Assembly: GCA_028287465.1 (NCBI GenBank)
Contig: JAQBPO010000050.1
Location: 182,743 to 246,742, forward strand
DNA from: Fibrobacterota bacterium
Lineage (GTDB): Bacteria > Fibrobacterota > Fibrobacteria > UBA11236
Direction of reading: 5' to 3'
Length of the DNA: 64,000 nucleotides
Below the pieces are notes generated by a model. It was given only the letters and a program-made list of their open reading frames with translations. It was not told the DNA's origin and searched no databases. The translations under genes were made by a program, and so were the position numbers. Positions within the stretch are counted from its first letter, which is position 1, and each line of letters opens with the position of its first letter. This document shows, piece by piece, positions 1 to 8,864 of this stretch.

Positions 1-1
1 G

Positions 2-1873
2 ACCGGCGAACCCGCCAAGACCCAAGGGGTCGAACTGGATTCGGAAGGCAAGCGCCGGAAAATCGACGTAGAGGTCCTTCCTTTGCAATCCGGCCCGGAC
101 GGACAGGCATCGTATTACCTGGTCCTGTTCCTGGAGCGATCCGCCCTGGTCCATGAACGCCCGGGGAAAAAGGGCCGGCCCGCCGCCAAAGGCGAGGACC
201 GGTCGCGCGCCCTGCGCAAGGAACTGGAGTCCACCAAGGACTACCTGCAATCGATCATCGAAGAGCAGGAAGTCACCAACGAGGAGCTGAAGTCCGCGAA
301 CGAAGAGGTGCTTTCCAGCAATGAAGAGCTGCAGAGCATCAACGAGGAGCTGGAGACGGCGAAGGAGGAGCTGCAAAGCACCAACGAGGAGCTGACCACC
401 CTCAACGAGGAGCTGCATACCCGCAACGTGGAGCTCAACTCCCTCAACAACGACATCAGCAACCTGCTCCACAGCGTGAACGTGCCCATCCTGATGCTGG
501 GGAACGATTTGCGCATCCGGCGCTTCACGCCGGTGGCGGAAAAGGTCCTGAACCTCATCCCGACGGACATCGGCCGGCCCTTCAGCGATCTCAAGCTGAA
601 CATCAGCCTGCCCAACCTGTTGGAAATGATCCGGGACGTCATCGACACCATCACCGTGAAGGAGATGGAGGTGCAGACCTCCTCCGGCAACTGGTTCTCC
701 CTGCGCATCCGTCCCTACCGCACCTTCGACAACAAGATCGATGGGGCCGTGCTCGTGTTCATCGACATCGACGCCATCAAGGAGAGCCTGCGCCAGGTCA
801 AGGTGGCGCGCGCCTATTCCGAAAGCATCGTCGAGACCGTAGCTACCCCCTTGGTCGTGGTCGAAGCGGACGGCAGGGTCAGGACCGGGAACCGCGCCTA
901 CCTGGCCGCCTTCCCCGGCGGCCGCGCCGAAGTCATCGGCAGGTCGGTGCTGGATTCCGGATTCGGCGGGCGGCCCATACCCGGCTTGGATGCCCTCATC
1001 ATGGGCCCCTGTTGGGGCCAGCCCGTCAGGGGGCATGAGGTGGACGTACCGAACCCGGGAGGCGCCCGTACCCTGCTCATCCACGCCGGGCCCCTGCCCG
1101 CGGCCGAGGGCGAAGCGACCCTGATGCTGCTCGCCATCGAGGACATCACGGAACGGAAACGGGCGGAGAATTCCCTCCGCAATCTGGTCGCCGAGCTGGA
1201 GTCCTTTTCATATACGGTCTCCCATGATCTGCGGGCCCCTCTGCGCGCCATGCAGGGGTTGGCCGAGGCGTTACGGGAGGATTATTCCGCGGTCCTGGAC
1301 GAAACCGGGCGGGATTACACCGGACGCATCATCGGCGCGGCCCAGAAGATGGAGTCCTTGATCCATGACCTTCTCTCGTACAGCCGCCTGGGCCAGTCCG
1401 AGAGGATCCCCCGCGTCTGCTCCCTCGATGACGCCGTGGGCGAAGCCTTGTCCCAACTGGAGAAGGAAATCCGGGACCGGGGCGCGGAAGTCTCCGTGGC
1501 CAGGCCGCTCGGCAACGTGATGGGCCACAGCTCCCTGCTCGCGACCATCCTGATGAACCTCATCGGCAACGCCCTGAAATTCGTGGAGAGCGGAACCCGG
1601 CCCAAGGTCCTCATCCATTCGCGCAAGGCCGAGGGATCGGTCCGGTTGTGGGTGGAGGACAACGGCATCGGGATCGATCCGGAGCACCATGGCCGGATCT
1701 TCCGCGTATTCGAACGGTTGCATGGGGCGGAGCGGTACCCGGGAACCGGCATCGGTCTGGCGATCGTGCGCAAGGGATTGGAAAGCATGGGCGGCAAGGC
1801 GGGAGTGGAATCCCGTCCCGGGCACGGCAGCCGCTTCTGGATGGAACTGCCCATGGCGGAGGCGGCGGGATGA
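2..1873 (+). CDS. Sensor histidine kinase, 5'-truncated at the window edge. Has a NEEL-repeat coiled coil and a PAS domain, followed by HisKA/HATPase. This architecture is typical of CheR/CheB-fused chemotaxis sensor kinases.
   Basis: The reading frame is open from position 2, so there is no start codon in the window. The translation carries the heptad coiled coil EELKSANEEVLSSNEELQSINEELETAKEELQSTNEEL. The HisKA H-box SHDLRAPLRAM follows. The HATPase motifs are GNALKF, DNGIGID and GTGIGLAIV. The stop TGA is at 1871-1873. Confidence 0.8.
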   Translation, partial: TGEPAKTQGVELDSEGKRRKIDVEVLPLQSGPDGQASYYLVLFLERSALVHERPGKKGRPAAKGEDRSRALRKELESTKDYLQSIIEEQEVTNEELKSANEEVLSSNEELQSINEELETAKEELQSTNEELTTLNEELHTRNVELNSLNNDISNLLHSVNVPILMLGNDLRIRRFTPVAEKVLNLIPTDIGRPFSDLKLNISLPNLLEMIRDVIDTITVKEMEVQTSSGNWFSLRIRPYRTFDNKIDGAVLVFIDIDAIKESLRQVKVARAYSESIVETVATPLVVVEADGRVRTGNRAYLAAFPGGRAEVIGRSVLDSGFGGRPIPGLDALIMGPCWGQPVRGHEVDVPNPGGARTLLIHAGPLPAAEGEATLMLLAIEDITERKRAENSLRNLVAELESFSYTVSHDLRAPLRAMQGLAEALREDYSAVLDETGRDYTGRIIGAAQKMESLIHDLLSYSRLGQSERIPRVCSLDDAVGEALSQLEKEIRDRGAEVSVARPLGNVMGHSSLLATILMNLIGNALKFVESGTRPKVLIHSRKAEGSVRLWVEDNGIGIDPEHHGRIFRVFERLHGAERYPGTGIGLAIVRKGLESMGGKAGVESRPGHGSRFWMELPMAEAAG

Positions 1874-2370
1874 CCGGGAAGGACTTCAGGCGCATCCTAC
1901 TGGTGGATGACGACCCCAACGATATCCTCCTGTTCAGGCGGGCCTTCGCGAAGCTCCAGGCCCGGGCCCTTTTGGAAGTGGCCGAGAATGCCGATCAGGC
2001 CGAAGCCTGCCTCTCCGATCTGGTGAAGTCCGGATCCGCCCTGCCCACTTTCGTGCTCCTGGATCTGAAGCTTCCCGGCAGGTCCGGGATGGATTTGCTG
2101 AAATGGATCCGCGGCAACCCGGAATTCAACCGCATGATCGTCATCGCCCTCACTTCGTCCCGGGAGCGGAACGACGTGCGCCGCGCCTACGAGGCCGGCA
2201 TCAACAGCTTCATCGTCAAACCCAGCGGGTTCGACTCCTTGTTCGATTCCGTGAAGCAGCTTTGGGAATATTGGACGGTCCTGAATGAGCACCCGGACCG
2301 GAGCGATGCCGGCCCCTCCGGGTCCGTGACGGGGCCTGGGCCCGGCCCTGCCGGGAAAAAGGATGGATGA
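1870..2370 (+). CDS. Single-domain response regulator (receiver only, CheY-like)
   Basis: The translation shows a REC fold: LLVDDDPNDILL, the phospho-acceptor Asp in VLLDLKLPG, and a conserved Lys in IVKPS. The ATG at 1870 overlaps the upstream stop as ATGA. The track ORF 1648..2370 is this gene with a spurious 5' extension. Confidence 0.85.
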   Translation: MTGKDFRRILLVDDDPNDILLFRRAFAKLQARALLEVAENADQAEACLSDLVKSGSALPTFVLLDLKLPGRSGMDLLKWIRGNPEFNRMIVIALTSSRERNDVRRAYEAGINSFIVKPSGFDSLFDSVKQLWEYWTVLNEHPDRSDAGPSGSVTGPGPGPAGKKDG

Positions 2371-3911
2371 TGGAAGCCGTCAAAGTCCTGATCATCGATG
2401 ACAATAGCGATGACCGCGCCTTGATCATCCGCGCCATGCGCAGGGAATTCCCCGTGGTGGAGGCGGTGGAAGCGATGGATCCCCCGACCCTGGCGCAGGC
2501 CCTGGAACCGGCCGATTTCGATCTGGCCATCACGGATTACCAGCTTAATTGGTCAACCGGCCTGCAGCTGCTTCCCATCCTGAAGTCCCGCCTTCCGGGA
2601 TGCCCGATCATCATGTTCACGGCCACGGGCAGCGAGGAGATCGCGGTCAAGGCCATGAAGGCGGGCCTGGACGATTATGTCCTCAAATCCACGCGGCACT
2701 TCCTGCACCTGTCGGCAGCGGCGCGCACGGTGCTGGAGCGGGAGCGCCTGCGCAAGCGCGCGGAGACCTCCGAACTCAGGCTTCACGATTTGCTGACCGC
2801 CTTGGAGGTAGGGGTCTACCGCACGGACGGCGCGGGCCGGCTCTTGGAAGCCAATCCCGCCTTCCTCAGGATCCTCGGGTATGAAAGCCTGGATCAGGCC
2901 GGCATCTGGACCTTGGAGGACGCCGTAGTGAACCCGAGCGCCCTGAGGGATTCGTGGCAGGAGCTCCGCCGAGCGCGCATGGTGCGCATCCCCGAACTGC
3001 AGATGCGGAACCGGGAAGGGAAGGAAATCTGGATTTCCCTGGCCCTGCGGCAACCCTCTCCGGGAGCCGGGACCATCGAAGGGCTGATCGAGAACATCTC
3101 CGTGCGAAAATGGATGGACGAGGCCTTGAAGAGGAAGGACGCGGAGCTCACGTCCATCCGCAGGTTGGATTCCATCGGGAGGCTGGCGGGCGGGGTGGCC
3201 CATGATTTCAACAACCTGCTGACCGCGATCAACGGGTACAGCGAATTGCTGCTGGAGATGGTGGGGGAGGGCAATCCCGTCCGCGAGGATCTGGTCGAGA
3301 TCAACAAGGCCGGGATCCGGGCGGCGGCGCTCACCCGCGATCTCCTTGCGTTCAGCCGCAGGCAGATCCTGCGTCCGGTGGAACTGGACCTCAATGGGGC
3401 GGTCCAGGCCGCGGAGCCGCTCATCCGGCGCACCCTGGGGGACGATATCGAATACATCCCTTCCCTGGCTCCGGATCTGCGGAAGGTCTTCGCGGACGCG
3501 GGGCAGTTGGAGACCGTCCTGGTCCACCTTCTCACGAATGCCAGGGAGGCGATGCCGGACGGCGGCACGCTTACCCTCCGCACCGAAAACGTCCGCATCG
3601 AGGACGGATATTCCCAGGCCTACGAAACCGAATTCACAGGCCCGTCCGAATCGATCCGCGCCGGGGACTACGTAAGCCTGTTCGTGGAAGACAACGGCAT
3701 CGGGATGGACGCGGAAACCATTACCCGCGTCTTCGAGCCCTTTTTCACGACCAAGGCCATGGGCGTAGGCGCGGGCCTGGGGCTCTCCACGGTTTACGGG
3801 ATCGTGAAGCAAAGCGACGGCCAGATATCCGTGCAAAGCGAACCGGGACGCGGTACCCGGTTCCGCATCGATCTCCCCGCCGTGGGGATGAAGGTCGAAG
3901 CGGCCGTTTAG
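2367..3911 (+). CDS. Hybrid sensor histidine kinase with REC-PAS-HisKA-HATPase architecture
   Basis: An N-terminal receiver (VLIIDDNSDD and DLAITDYQL) is followed by a PAS-like region. The HisKA H-box is GGVAHDFNNLL. The HATPase motifs are DNGIGMD and GLGLSTVYGIV. The ATGATG start overlaps the upstream stop. Confidence 0.85.
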   Translation: MMEAVKVLIIDDNSDDRALIIRAMRREFPVVEAVEAMDPPTLAQALEPADFDLAITDYQLNWSTGLQLLPILKSRLPGCPIIMFTATGSEEIAVKAMKAGLDDYVLKSTRHFLHLSAAARTVLERERLRKRAETSELRLHDLLTALEVGVYRTDGAGRLLEANPAFLRILGYESLDQAGIWTLEDAVVNPSALRDSWQELRRARMVRIPELQMRNREGKEIWISLALRQPSPGAGTIEGLIENISVRKWMDEALKRKDAELTSIRRLDSIGRLAGGVAHDFNNLLTAINGYSELLLEMVGEGNPVREDLVEINKAGIRAAALTRDLLAFSRRQILRPVELDLNGAVQAAEPLIRRTLGDDIEYIPSLAPDLRKVFADAGQLETVLVHLLTNAREAMPDGGTLTLRTENVRIEDGYSQAYETEFTGPSESIRAGDYVSLFVEDNGIGMDAETITRVFEPFFTTKAMGVGAGLGLSTVYGIVKQSDGQISVQSEPGRGTRFRIDLPAVGMKVEAAV

Positions 3912-3993
3912 GTCCGACCGGGCGGAATCCCCGGAAGATTCTTGACCCCCATTTGTCTTGCGTCCGCCTCCCCCGCCCAGGTATCTTGGGAGG

Positions 3994-4701
3994 ATGCCCA
4001 ACCGCAAAACGTTCCGTCCCCGCCAGGCCCTGATCGCGACCGCCCTCATGCTGGCCTGGGGTCCGGTTTCCGCGGTGCCCGTCTATTATTCATTCCAGGG
4101 CGAGGTGGTGTATTCGACCGTCCCGACGCATGCCCTGGGGCAATCCGTCCGCTACGTCTTCCTGGTGGACCAGGATCGCGACGGCTACACCCGGGACGGG
4201 GACGGGACCATCCGGCCCCGAGCCGATTTCACCGAAACGGCGGACTGGTTCACCCTGAGCTTCTACGCCGCCTACGTGGGCGGGGACGCCCTGGCCACCG
4301 ACAATCCCGCTTCGCCGATCAAGGAAAGCTGCTTCTGCGGCGTCGACCAGATGCATTATGCCGATGATATCTTCAGCGCCTTGCGCGGCAGCAACGCGGA
4401 CCCGGGCGGGTTCGATCTCCTCGACATCTACAGCTCGGAAGCGCGGTTCAACGAGTGGGGCATCGGGCAGATCTTCCGCTCGGAGAATTTCACGGCCAAT
4501 GGCGAAGGCGAGCCGAATTCCGGCTACAGCTCCACCCTCACCCTCGCCTCCATCACCGACGCCAATCCCTTGCTTCCGGCCGTGCCCGAACCTTCCACCC
4601 TCGCCCTGTTCGGCATCGGCCTGGCGGGCCTGGCCTGGGCCTCGAGGAAGCGCCTCGCCCGCGGGATTCAGGGCAAAGTACCGGGAAATACGGCCCTCTA
4701 A
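3994..4701 (+). CDS. PEP-CTERM sorting-domain protein, a putative exosortase substrate; the N-terminal domain is of unknown function
   Basis: A signal peptide MPNRKTFRPRQALIATALMLAWGPVSA is present. The C-terminal PEP-CTERM motif is VPEPSTLALFGIGLAGLAWASRKR, that is PEP, a TM helix, then a basic tail. A GGAGG ribosome-binding site lies just upstream. The track ORF 3958 is the same frame with a longer start. Confidence 0.7.
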   Translation: MPNRKTFRPRQALIATALMLAWGPVSAVPVYYSFQGEVVYSTVPTHALGQSVRYVFLVDQDRDGYTRDGDGTIRPRADFTETADWFTLSFYAAYVGGDALATDNPASPIKESCFCGVDQMHYADDIFSALRGSNADPGGFDLLDIYSSEARFNEWGIGQIFRSENFTANGEGEPNSGYSSTLTLASITDANPLLPAVPEPSTLALFGIGLAGLAWASRKRLARGIQGKVPGNTAL

Positions 4702-4835
4702 ATCTCCGTAAGATTTTTCGCCCCCCTATTTGCAGGAAGGTATCTTCACCCCAGAACGGGCGGACCAGGAGGTCCGGCCGTCAGGCGAACTGCGCGAAAC
4801 ATGGCCAGGTTCGGAGAGCCAAAGGAAAGGGTATT

Positions 4836-5696
4836 ATGCTCAAGGTGTCGGTCCATTGCGGAATTCTCATGGTATGCGGAATCGCCTTCACGGGATGCGG
4901 CCAGTTGCTCGGCGATAAGAAGGAAAAGAAGGACGTCCCCGTTTTCGCCAAGGTCAGGGATTTCAAGGAGGGGAGCGCCACCACCAAGGATGGGACCCAC
5001 CCGCATTTCAACCAGAACCAGGGGTCGTGCGAGGCCCAGGTCCTGGGCATCAATACCGTCGAGGCGGACATCGACGTTTCCGGCGGTTCGGATCCCAAAT
5101 TCCCCGGGGACAGCCGTGGACCCAAATTGATCCAGCCCGTAGGGGCGGCGGTGGCGCGGTGCTTCGATCCCCCGGATCGGTTCACGGACTGGTTCGAGGA
5201 CAAGGGGATGGACGTGAATCGTCCTTACCTGGTGGAGATGCGTTTCGAGTTCGACGATGGCATCTACCGGTTCCGGAACGATAAATTCTTCCCCATCGAC
5301 AACGGCGCCGCCTTCACCAAGACCCAGGACGGGGAGCCCGATCCCTTCGGCCACCTGCAGACCGGGGAGAAGGACGGCCAGGACCTGACCGCGCACAATT
5401 ACGGATTCACCATGGAATTCCACACCGGGCTCACCTATAGCCAAGGCAAGGGCCAGTACATCACCTTCCAGGGCGATGACGACCTGTGGGCCTTCGTGAA
5501 CGGGAAGCGCGTGATCGATCTGGGCGGCATCCACGCCGCGGAAAAGGATTCCGTCGATCTCGATGCCATGAAGGACGCCTTGGGCCTGACCGATAAAGGG
5601 GTCTATCCCGTCGACTTCTTTTTCGCGGAGCGGGCGGTCGCCTCCTCCAAGCTGTCCATCACGACCAATACAAAGTTCGCGCCGATTACGCCCTGA
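4836..5696 (+). CDS. Lipoprotein with a C-terminal fibro-slime / PA14-like domain
   Basis: The lipobox signal is MLKVSVHCGILMVCGIAFTGC. The ribosome-binding site AAAGGAAAGG sits 6 nt upstream of the ATG at 4836. The C-terminal segment GDDDLWAFVNGKRVIDLGGIHAAE...VDFFFAERA resembles the fibro-slime (TIGR02148) / PA14-like fold. The track ORF 4455 starts on GTG inside the preceding gene, so I chose the internal ATG. Confidence 0.65.
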   Translation: MLKVSVHCGILMVCGIAFTGCGQLLGDKKEKKDVPVFAKVRDFKEGSATTKDGTHPHFNQNQGSCEAQVLGINTVEADIDVSGGSDPKFPGDSRGPKLIQPVGAAVARCFDPPDRFTDWFEDKGMDVNRPYLVEMRFEFDDGIYRFRNDKFFPIDNGAAFTKTQDGEPDPFGHLQTGEKDGQDLTAHNYGFTMEFHTGLTYSQGKGQYITFQGDDDLWAFVNGKRVIDLGGIHAAEKDSVDLDAMKDALGLTDKGVYPVDFFFAERAVASSKLSITTNTKFAPITP

Positions 5697-5725
5697 ATAT
5701 TCCGCCCCGCCCTGGGCGTCCCCGA

Positions 5726-5789
5726 TTCCCGGCCGGAAAGGCCGGGAATAAAAACCGCTTTATTCCCGCCCGGGATTTTTCGTTTTTTT
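5726..5789 (+). terminator. Rho-independent terminator-like tandem hairpins followed by a T-tract
   Basis: One hairpin is TTCCCGGCC-GGAAA-GGCCGGGAA at 5726-5748. It overlaps an alternative hairpin CGGGAATAAA-AACCGC-TTTATTCCCG. The run TTTTTCGTTTTTTT at 5776-5789 follows. All of this lies directly after the stop at 5694-5696. Confidence 0.55.
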
Positions 5790-5833
5790 AGAAAAGACGA
5801 TCCCCGTGAACCCCGTCTAATATCGGAGGAGTT

Positions 5834-7801
5834 ATGAAAGCAGCAACCGCTGTTCTTTCCGCCCTTATCCTTCCCGCAATCCTGAGGGCGCAGACGCCGA
5901 CCGCGACCGACGATCCCTTTACCGGTTTCAGGGTTTTCGATCCGGGCATTTCCGGAGGGCAATTCCTCATCGCCCTGGTTTCCGGCGTGATCCTGGCCTA
6001 TTGCTTCCAATGGCTCCTGACCAATCTGTCCGTCGCCACCGGCCTGTCCGCCCTGCAGGGGGTCACGGATTCCGGAAAGCGGGAGAAGGCCCGCCGCAAG
6101 GCCATGGAAAAGGATCGGGAGAAGGCCGAGAAGGACCGGGAAAGGATGGAGGAGGACCCGGAAAAGTTCCGCAAGGAGAACGAGCCGGACGAATGGGACG
6201 ACAAGGCCGTCAAAATCGAATCCGGCATCGGCATCTGGGCCATGGTGACTTCGGCCATCGCCCTGTTCCTGGCCTGCTGGCTGGCGGTCGAGCTGATCCG
6301 CCTCCAGAACAATTACCAGGCGGTCATCCTGGGGCTCGTGATCTGGTCGGTCTTCCTGGGCACCATGATGTACCTCGAAGGCGCCGCGACCATGTCCCTG
6401 CTGGGGACCATTTCCTCCGCCGTCCGCAACGGCGTCGGCGCCCTCGCCTCGCCCTTCAAGGCGGCCGCGGGCAAGCTTGCCGATTCCAGGGCGGAATCGG
6501 CCCAACGCAAGCAGACGGTCCAGACCGCGGAAGAGGTGGCCGCGGCCGTGCGCAAGGAGCTCTTCGGCGAAGAAGAGGATGCGGAGGCCCAGGGCCCTGG
6601 CGTCATGGACAAGATCCGCGAGTATACCCGCTCCACCATCAAGCCCAAGGCCATGGACCTGGCCCATATGGGCCAGGAAATGAAGTCCCTTCTCACCGAT
6701 CCGGAACTCATCGAGATGGCCAAGCGCGGCGAATTGCAGAACCTGGATCGCAATCACTTCGCGGAAATCGTCGCGGGACGGACCGATCTGGAGAAGGATC
6801 AAGTGGACCGGATGGTGGACAGCCTGTATTCCACGTGGTCGAAATTCCTGGGCGAGAACGCCCCCGCGCAGCCTCCCAAGTATACCCGGTTCACGGAAGG
6901 GGAACCCTCCCCGGCCATGGCCACGGCTTCCGGCGGATCCGCTTCGGCCCCGCAAGGCGTGATCGGCAAGTACCAGCGCTTCCGGGAATTCCTCCGCAGC
7001 ACCGGCCGCGATGAATTGCAGCCCGAGCGCATCGAACAGGAGATCAAGACCCTGCTGATGGATCCCGGGACGGGCCTGTCCCAGATCCGGGAGCATGCCA
7101 AGGAGCTCGATCGGGAAAGCCTGGTCCAGGTGCTGAGCCACCGCCAGGACATGACTCCGGAAGAGGCCAACCGCATCGCCGATCAGATCGACCTGGCGCG
7201 CAGCAAGGCCCTTTCCGCCAAGGAGCAGGCCGAACATCGCGCCGAGGAGGTCCGGGATCGCACCATGTCCCGGATCCGCGACCATGTGTACGCCATCAAC
7301 CGGCCCGAACTCGATTTCGAGGGCTTCAAAGGGGATTTCCTGAAGCTGTTCGACGATCCCAAGGCCGGGTACGCTTCCCTGAAGCAAAGGCTGCAGGGCA
7401 TCGATCGGGAAACCGTGATCGCGGCCTTGAGCTCCGTGGGGGGCATGAGCCGCGAGGACGCGGAGAAAACGGTCGAAAAGGGCGAGGCCATCAAGGCCAA
7501 GGCGGAACAGGCCACGGACAAGGTCAAGGAGAAGGCCGGGCAGGCGACGAACCAGGCCAAGGCCGGAGTCGATAAGGTGGCCGACAAGATCATGGAGGCC
7601 AAGGATAACGCCCTGGAGCGCGCCCGCAAGGTGGAAGAGGAGACCAAGCGCCGCATGGAAGAGGCCAAGCGCATCTCCTTGGAACAGGCCGAGGCCGCCC
7701 GCAAGGTCACCGCCACGGCAGCGTGGTGGCTCCTCGCCATCGCGGTCGTTTCCGGCGCGGCCGCCGCCTTGGGCGGTCTCACTGCCGCGGCAACCCAATG
7801 A
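5834..7801 (+). CDS. Large multi-pass membrane protein of unknown function. Has a signal peptide, 3-4 N-terminal TM helices, three ~66-aa internal repeats, a KxxE-rich helical region and a C-terminal TM anchor.
   Basis: The ribosome-binding site GGAGG sits 6 nt upstream of ATG. TM segments include FLIALVSGVILAYCFQWLL, WAMVTSAIALFLACWLAV, AVILGLVIWSVFLGTMMYL and, at the C-terminus, WWLLAIAVVSGAAAALGGL. Three repeats (KAMDLAHMGQEMKSLLTDPELIEMAKRGELQNLDRN..., ELQPERIEQEIKTLLMDPGTGLSQIREHAKELDRES..., ELDFEGFKGDFLKLFDDPKAGYASLKQRLQGIDRET...) share the pattern LLxDP...I.E....LDRE. I recognise no family. Confidence 0.75.
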   Translation: MKAATAVLSALILPAILRAQTPTATDDPFTGFRVFDPGISGGQFLIALVSGVILAYCFQWLLTNLSVATGLSALQGVTDSGKREKARRKAMEKDREKAEKDRERMEEDPEKFRKENEPDEWDDKAVKIESGIGIWAMVTSAIALFLACWLAVELIRLQNNYQAVILGLVIWSVFLGTMMYLEGAATMSLLGTISSAVRNGVGALASPFKAAAGKLADSRAESAQRKQTVQTAEEVAAAVRKELFGEEEDAEAQGPGVMDKIREYTRSTIKPKAMDLAHMGQEMKSLLTDPELIEMAKRGELQNLDRNHFAEIVAGRTDLEKDQVDRMVDSLYSTWSKFLGENAPAQPPKYTRFTEGEPSPAMATASGGSASAPQGVIGKYQRFREFLRSTGRDELQPERIEQEIKTLLMDPGTGLSQIREHAKELDRESLVQVLSHRQDMTPEEANRIADQIDLARSKALSAKEQAEHRAEEVRDRTMSRIRDHVYAINRPELDFEGFKGDFLKLFDDPKAGYASLKQRLQGIDRETVIAALSSVGGMSREDAEKTVEKGEAIKAKAEQATDKVKEKAGQATNQAKAGVDKVADKIMEAKDNALERARKVEEETKRRMEEAKRISLEQAEAARKVTATAAWWLLAIAVVSGAAAALGGLTAAATQ

Positions 7802-7824
7802 TTCCGTGAACCCGGAGGAATACC

Positions 7825-8805
7825 ATGGCCATCCTTCTGCATCCCGACCCGTCCCCCCAACCCTCCAAAGACCGGGCCGCCAAGGCCCGGTCTTCTTCCT
7901 TATCGTTCAAGGGCCTGTTCGGCCTGTTCAAGGACAGCGCCAGGCAATGGAGCGGCGATAAAGCGTCCCGCCTTGCCGCCGCCCTCTCCTATTACACCAT
8001 CTTCTCCATCGCTCCTCTGCTCGTCATCGCCATCGCGGTGGCCGGGCTGGCTTTCGGAAAGGAAGCGGCTTCCAACCAGGTCTTCGGGCAGATCCGGGGG
8101 TTCGTGGGGGATTCCGGTGCGCAAGCCATCCAGTCCATGGTCGCGAGCGCCGGCCACAAAGGCGCGGGAATCACGGCGACCCTGCTCGGGATCGTCACCC
8201 TGCTCCTGGGCGCCTCCGGCGCGATCGGGCAATTGCAGGATGCGCTCAATACCATCTGGGAGGTCAAGCCCAAGCCGGGGCAGGGCGTCTGGGGTTTCCT
8301 GCGCACCCGTTTCCTATCCTTCTCCATGGTGCTGGTGATCGCCTTCATGTTGCTGGTGTCCCTGGTCATAAGCGCCGGGCTGGCCGGCCTGAGCGGCTAC
8401 CTGGAGCGGATCCTGTCCGTTCCGGCCATCGCCTTGCATGCGATCAACTTCGCGGTTTCCATGGTCGTCACGGGTCTGCTTTTCTCTTTGATCTACAAGG
8501 TGCTCCCGGACGTGAAGATGCGGTGGAAGGACGTGTGGATCGGGGGATTGGTCACGGCCCTGCTGTTCACCCTGGGGCATTTCCTGATCGGATTGTACCT
8601 GGGGAAAAGCAGCGTATCGTCGGCGTATGGCGCGGCGGGATCCCTGGTCATCATCCTGATCTGGATCTATTACTCCTCGCAAATCCTCTTTTACGGGGCC
8701 GAGTTCACCAAGGCGTACGCGAACAAGTACGGATCGCGCGTAGCGCCGACGCCGAACGCGGAACCCATGGGGCAAGGGGATCGGACGAACCAGGGGATGG
8801 CCTGA
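7825..8805 (+). CDS. YihY/BrkB (virulence factor BrkB / ribonuclease BN-like) family inner-membrane protein
   Basis: The signature LAAALSYYTIFSIAPLLVIAIAV is present, and there are six predicted TM helices typical of YihY. The ribosome-binding site GGAGGA precedes the ATG. Confidence 0.85.
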   Translation: MAILLHPDPSPQPSKDRAAKARSSSLSFKGLFGLFKDSARQWSGDKASRLAAALSYYTIFSIAPLLVIAIAVAGLAFGKEAASNQVFGQIRGFVGDSGAQAIQSMVASAGHKGAGITATLLGIVTLLLGASGAIGQLQDALNTIWEVKPKPGQGVWGFLRTRFLSFSMVLVIAFMLLVSLVISAGLAGLSGYLERILSVPAIALHAINFAVSMVVTGLLFSLIYKVLPDVKMRWKDVWIGGLVTALLFTLGHFLIGLYLGKSSVSSAYGAAGSLVIILIWIYYSSQILFYGAEFTKAYANKYGSRVAPTPNAEPMGQGDRTNQGMA

Positions 8806-8864
8806 AAGGATCCGGCGGGGATTTCACCGACCGAGGCTTCCGCGCGCCCGATGGCGCGGCCGCT

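Noticed and set aside
1648-1869. 5' extension of the response-regulator ORF (track start 1648)
   Set aside because: The extension overlaps the kinase gene by more than 220 nt. The ATG at 1870 forms the ATGA junction and gives a canonical receiver N-terminus.
2553-4049. 498-aa minus-strand ORF opposite the hybrid histidine kinase
   Set aside because: It is an antisense high-GC ORF with no motifs. The plus-strand gene has clear REC/HisKA/HATPase motifs.
5603-7798. 731-aa ORF on the minus strand overlapping the 5834-7801 membrane-protein gene
   Set aside because: It is the antisense shadow of a gene that has a ribosome-binding site and a coherent signal/TM layout. The translation is Gly/Arg/Leu-rich with low complexity, as expected of high-GC antisense frames.
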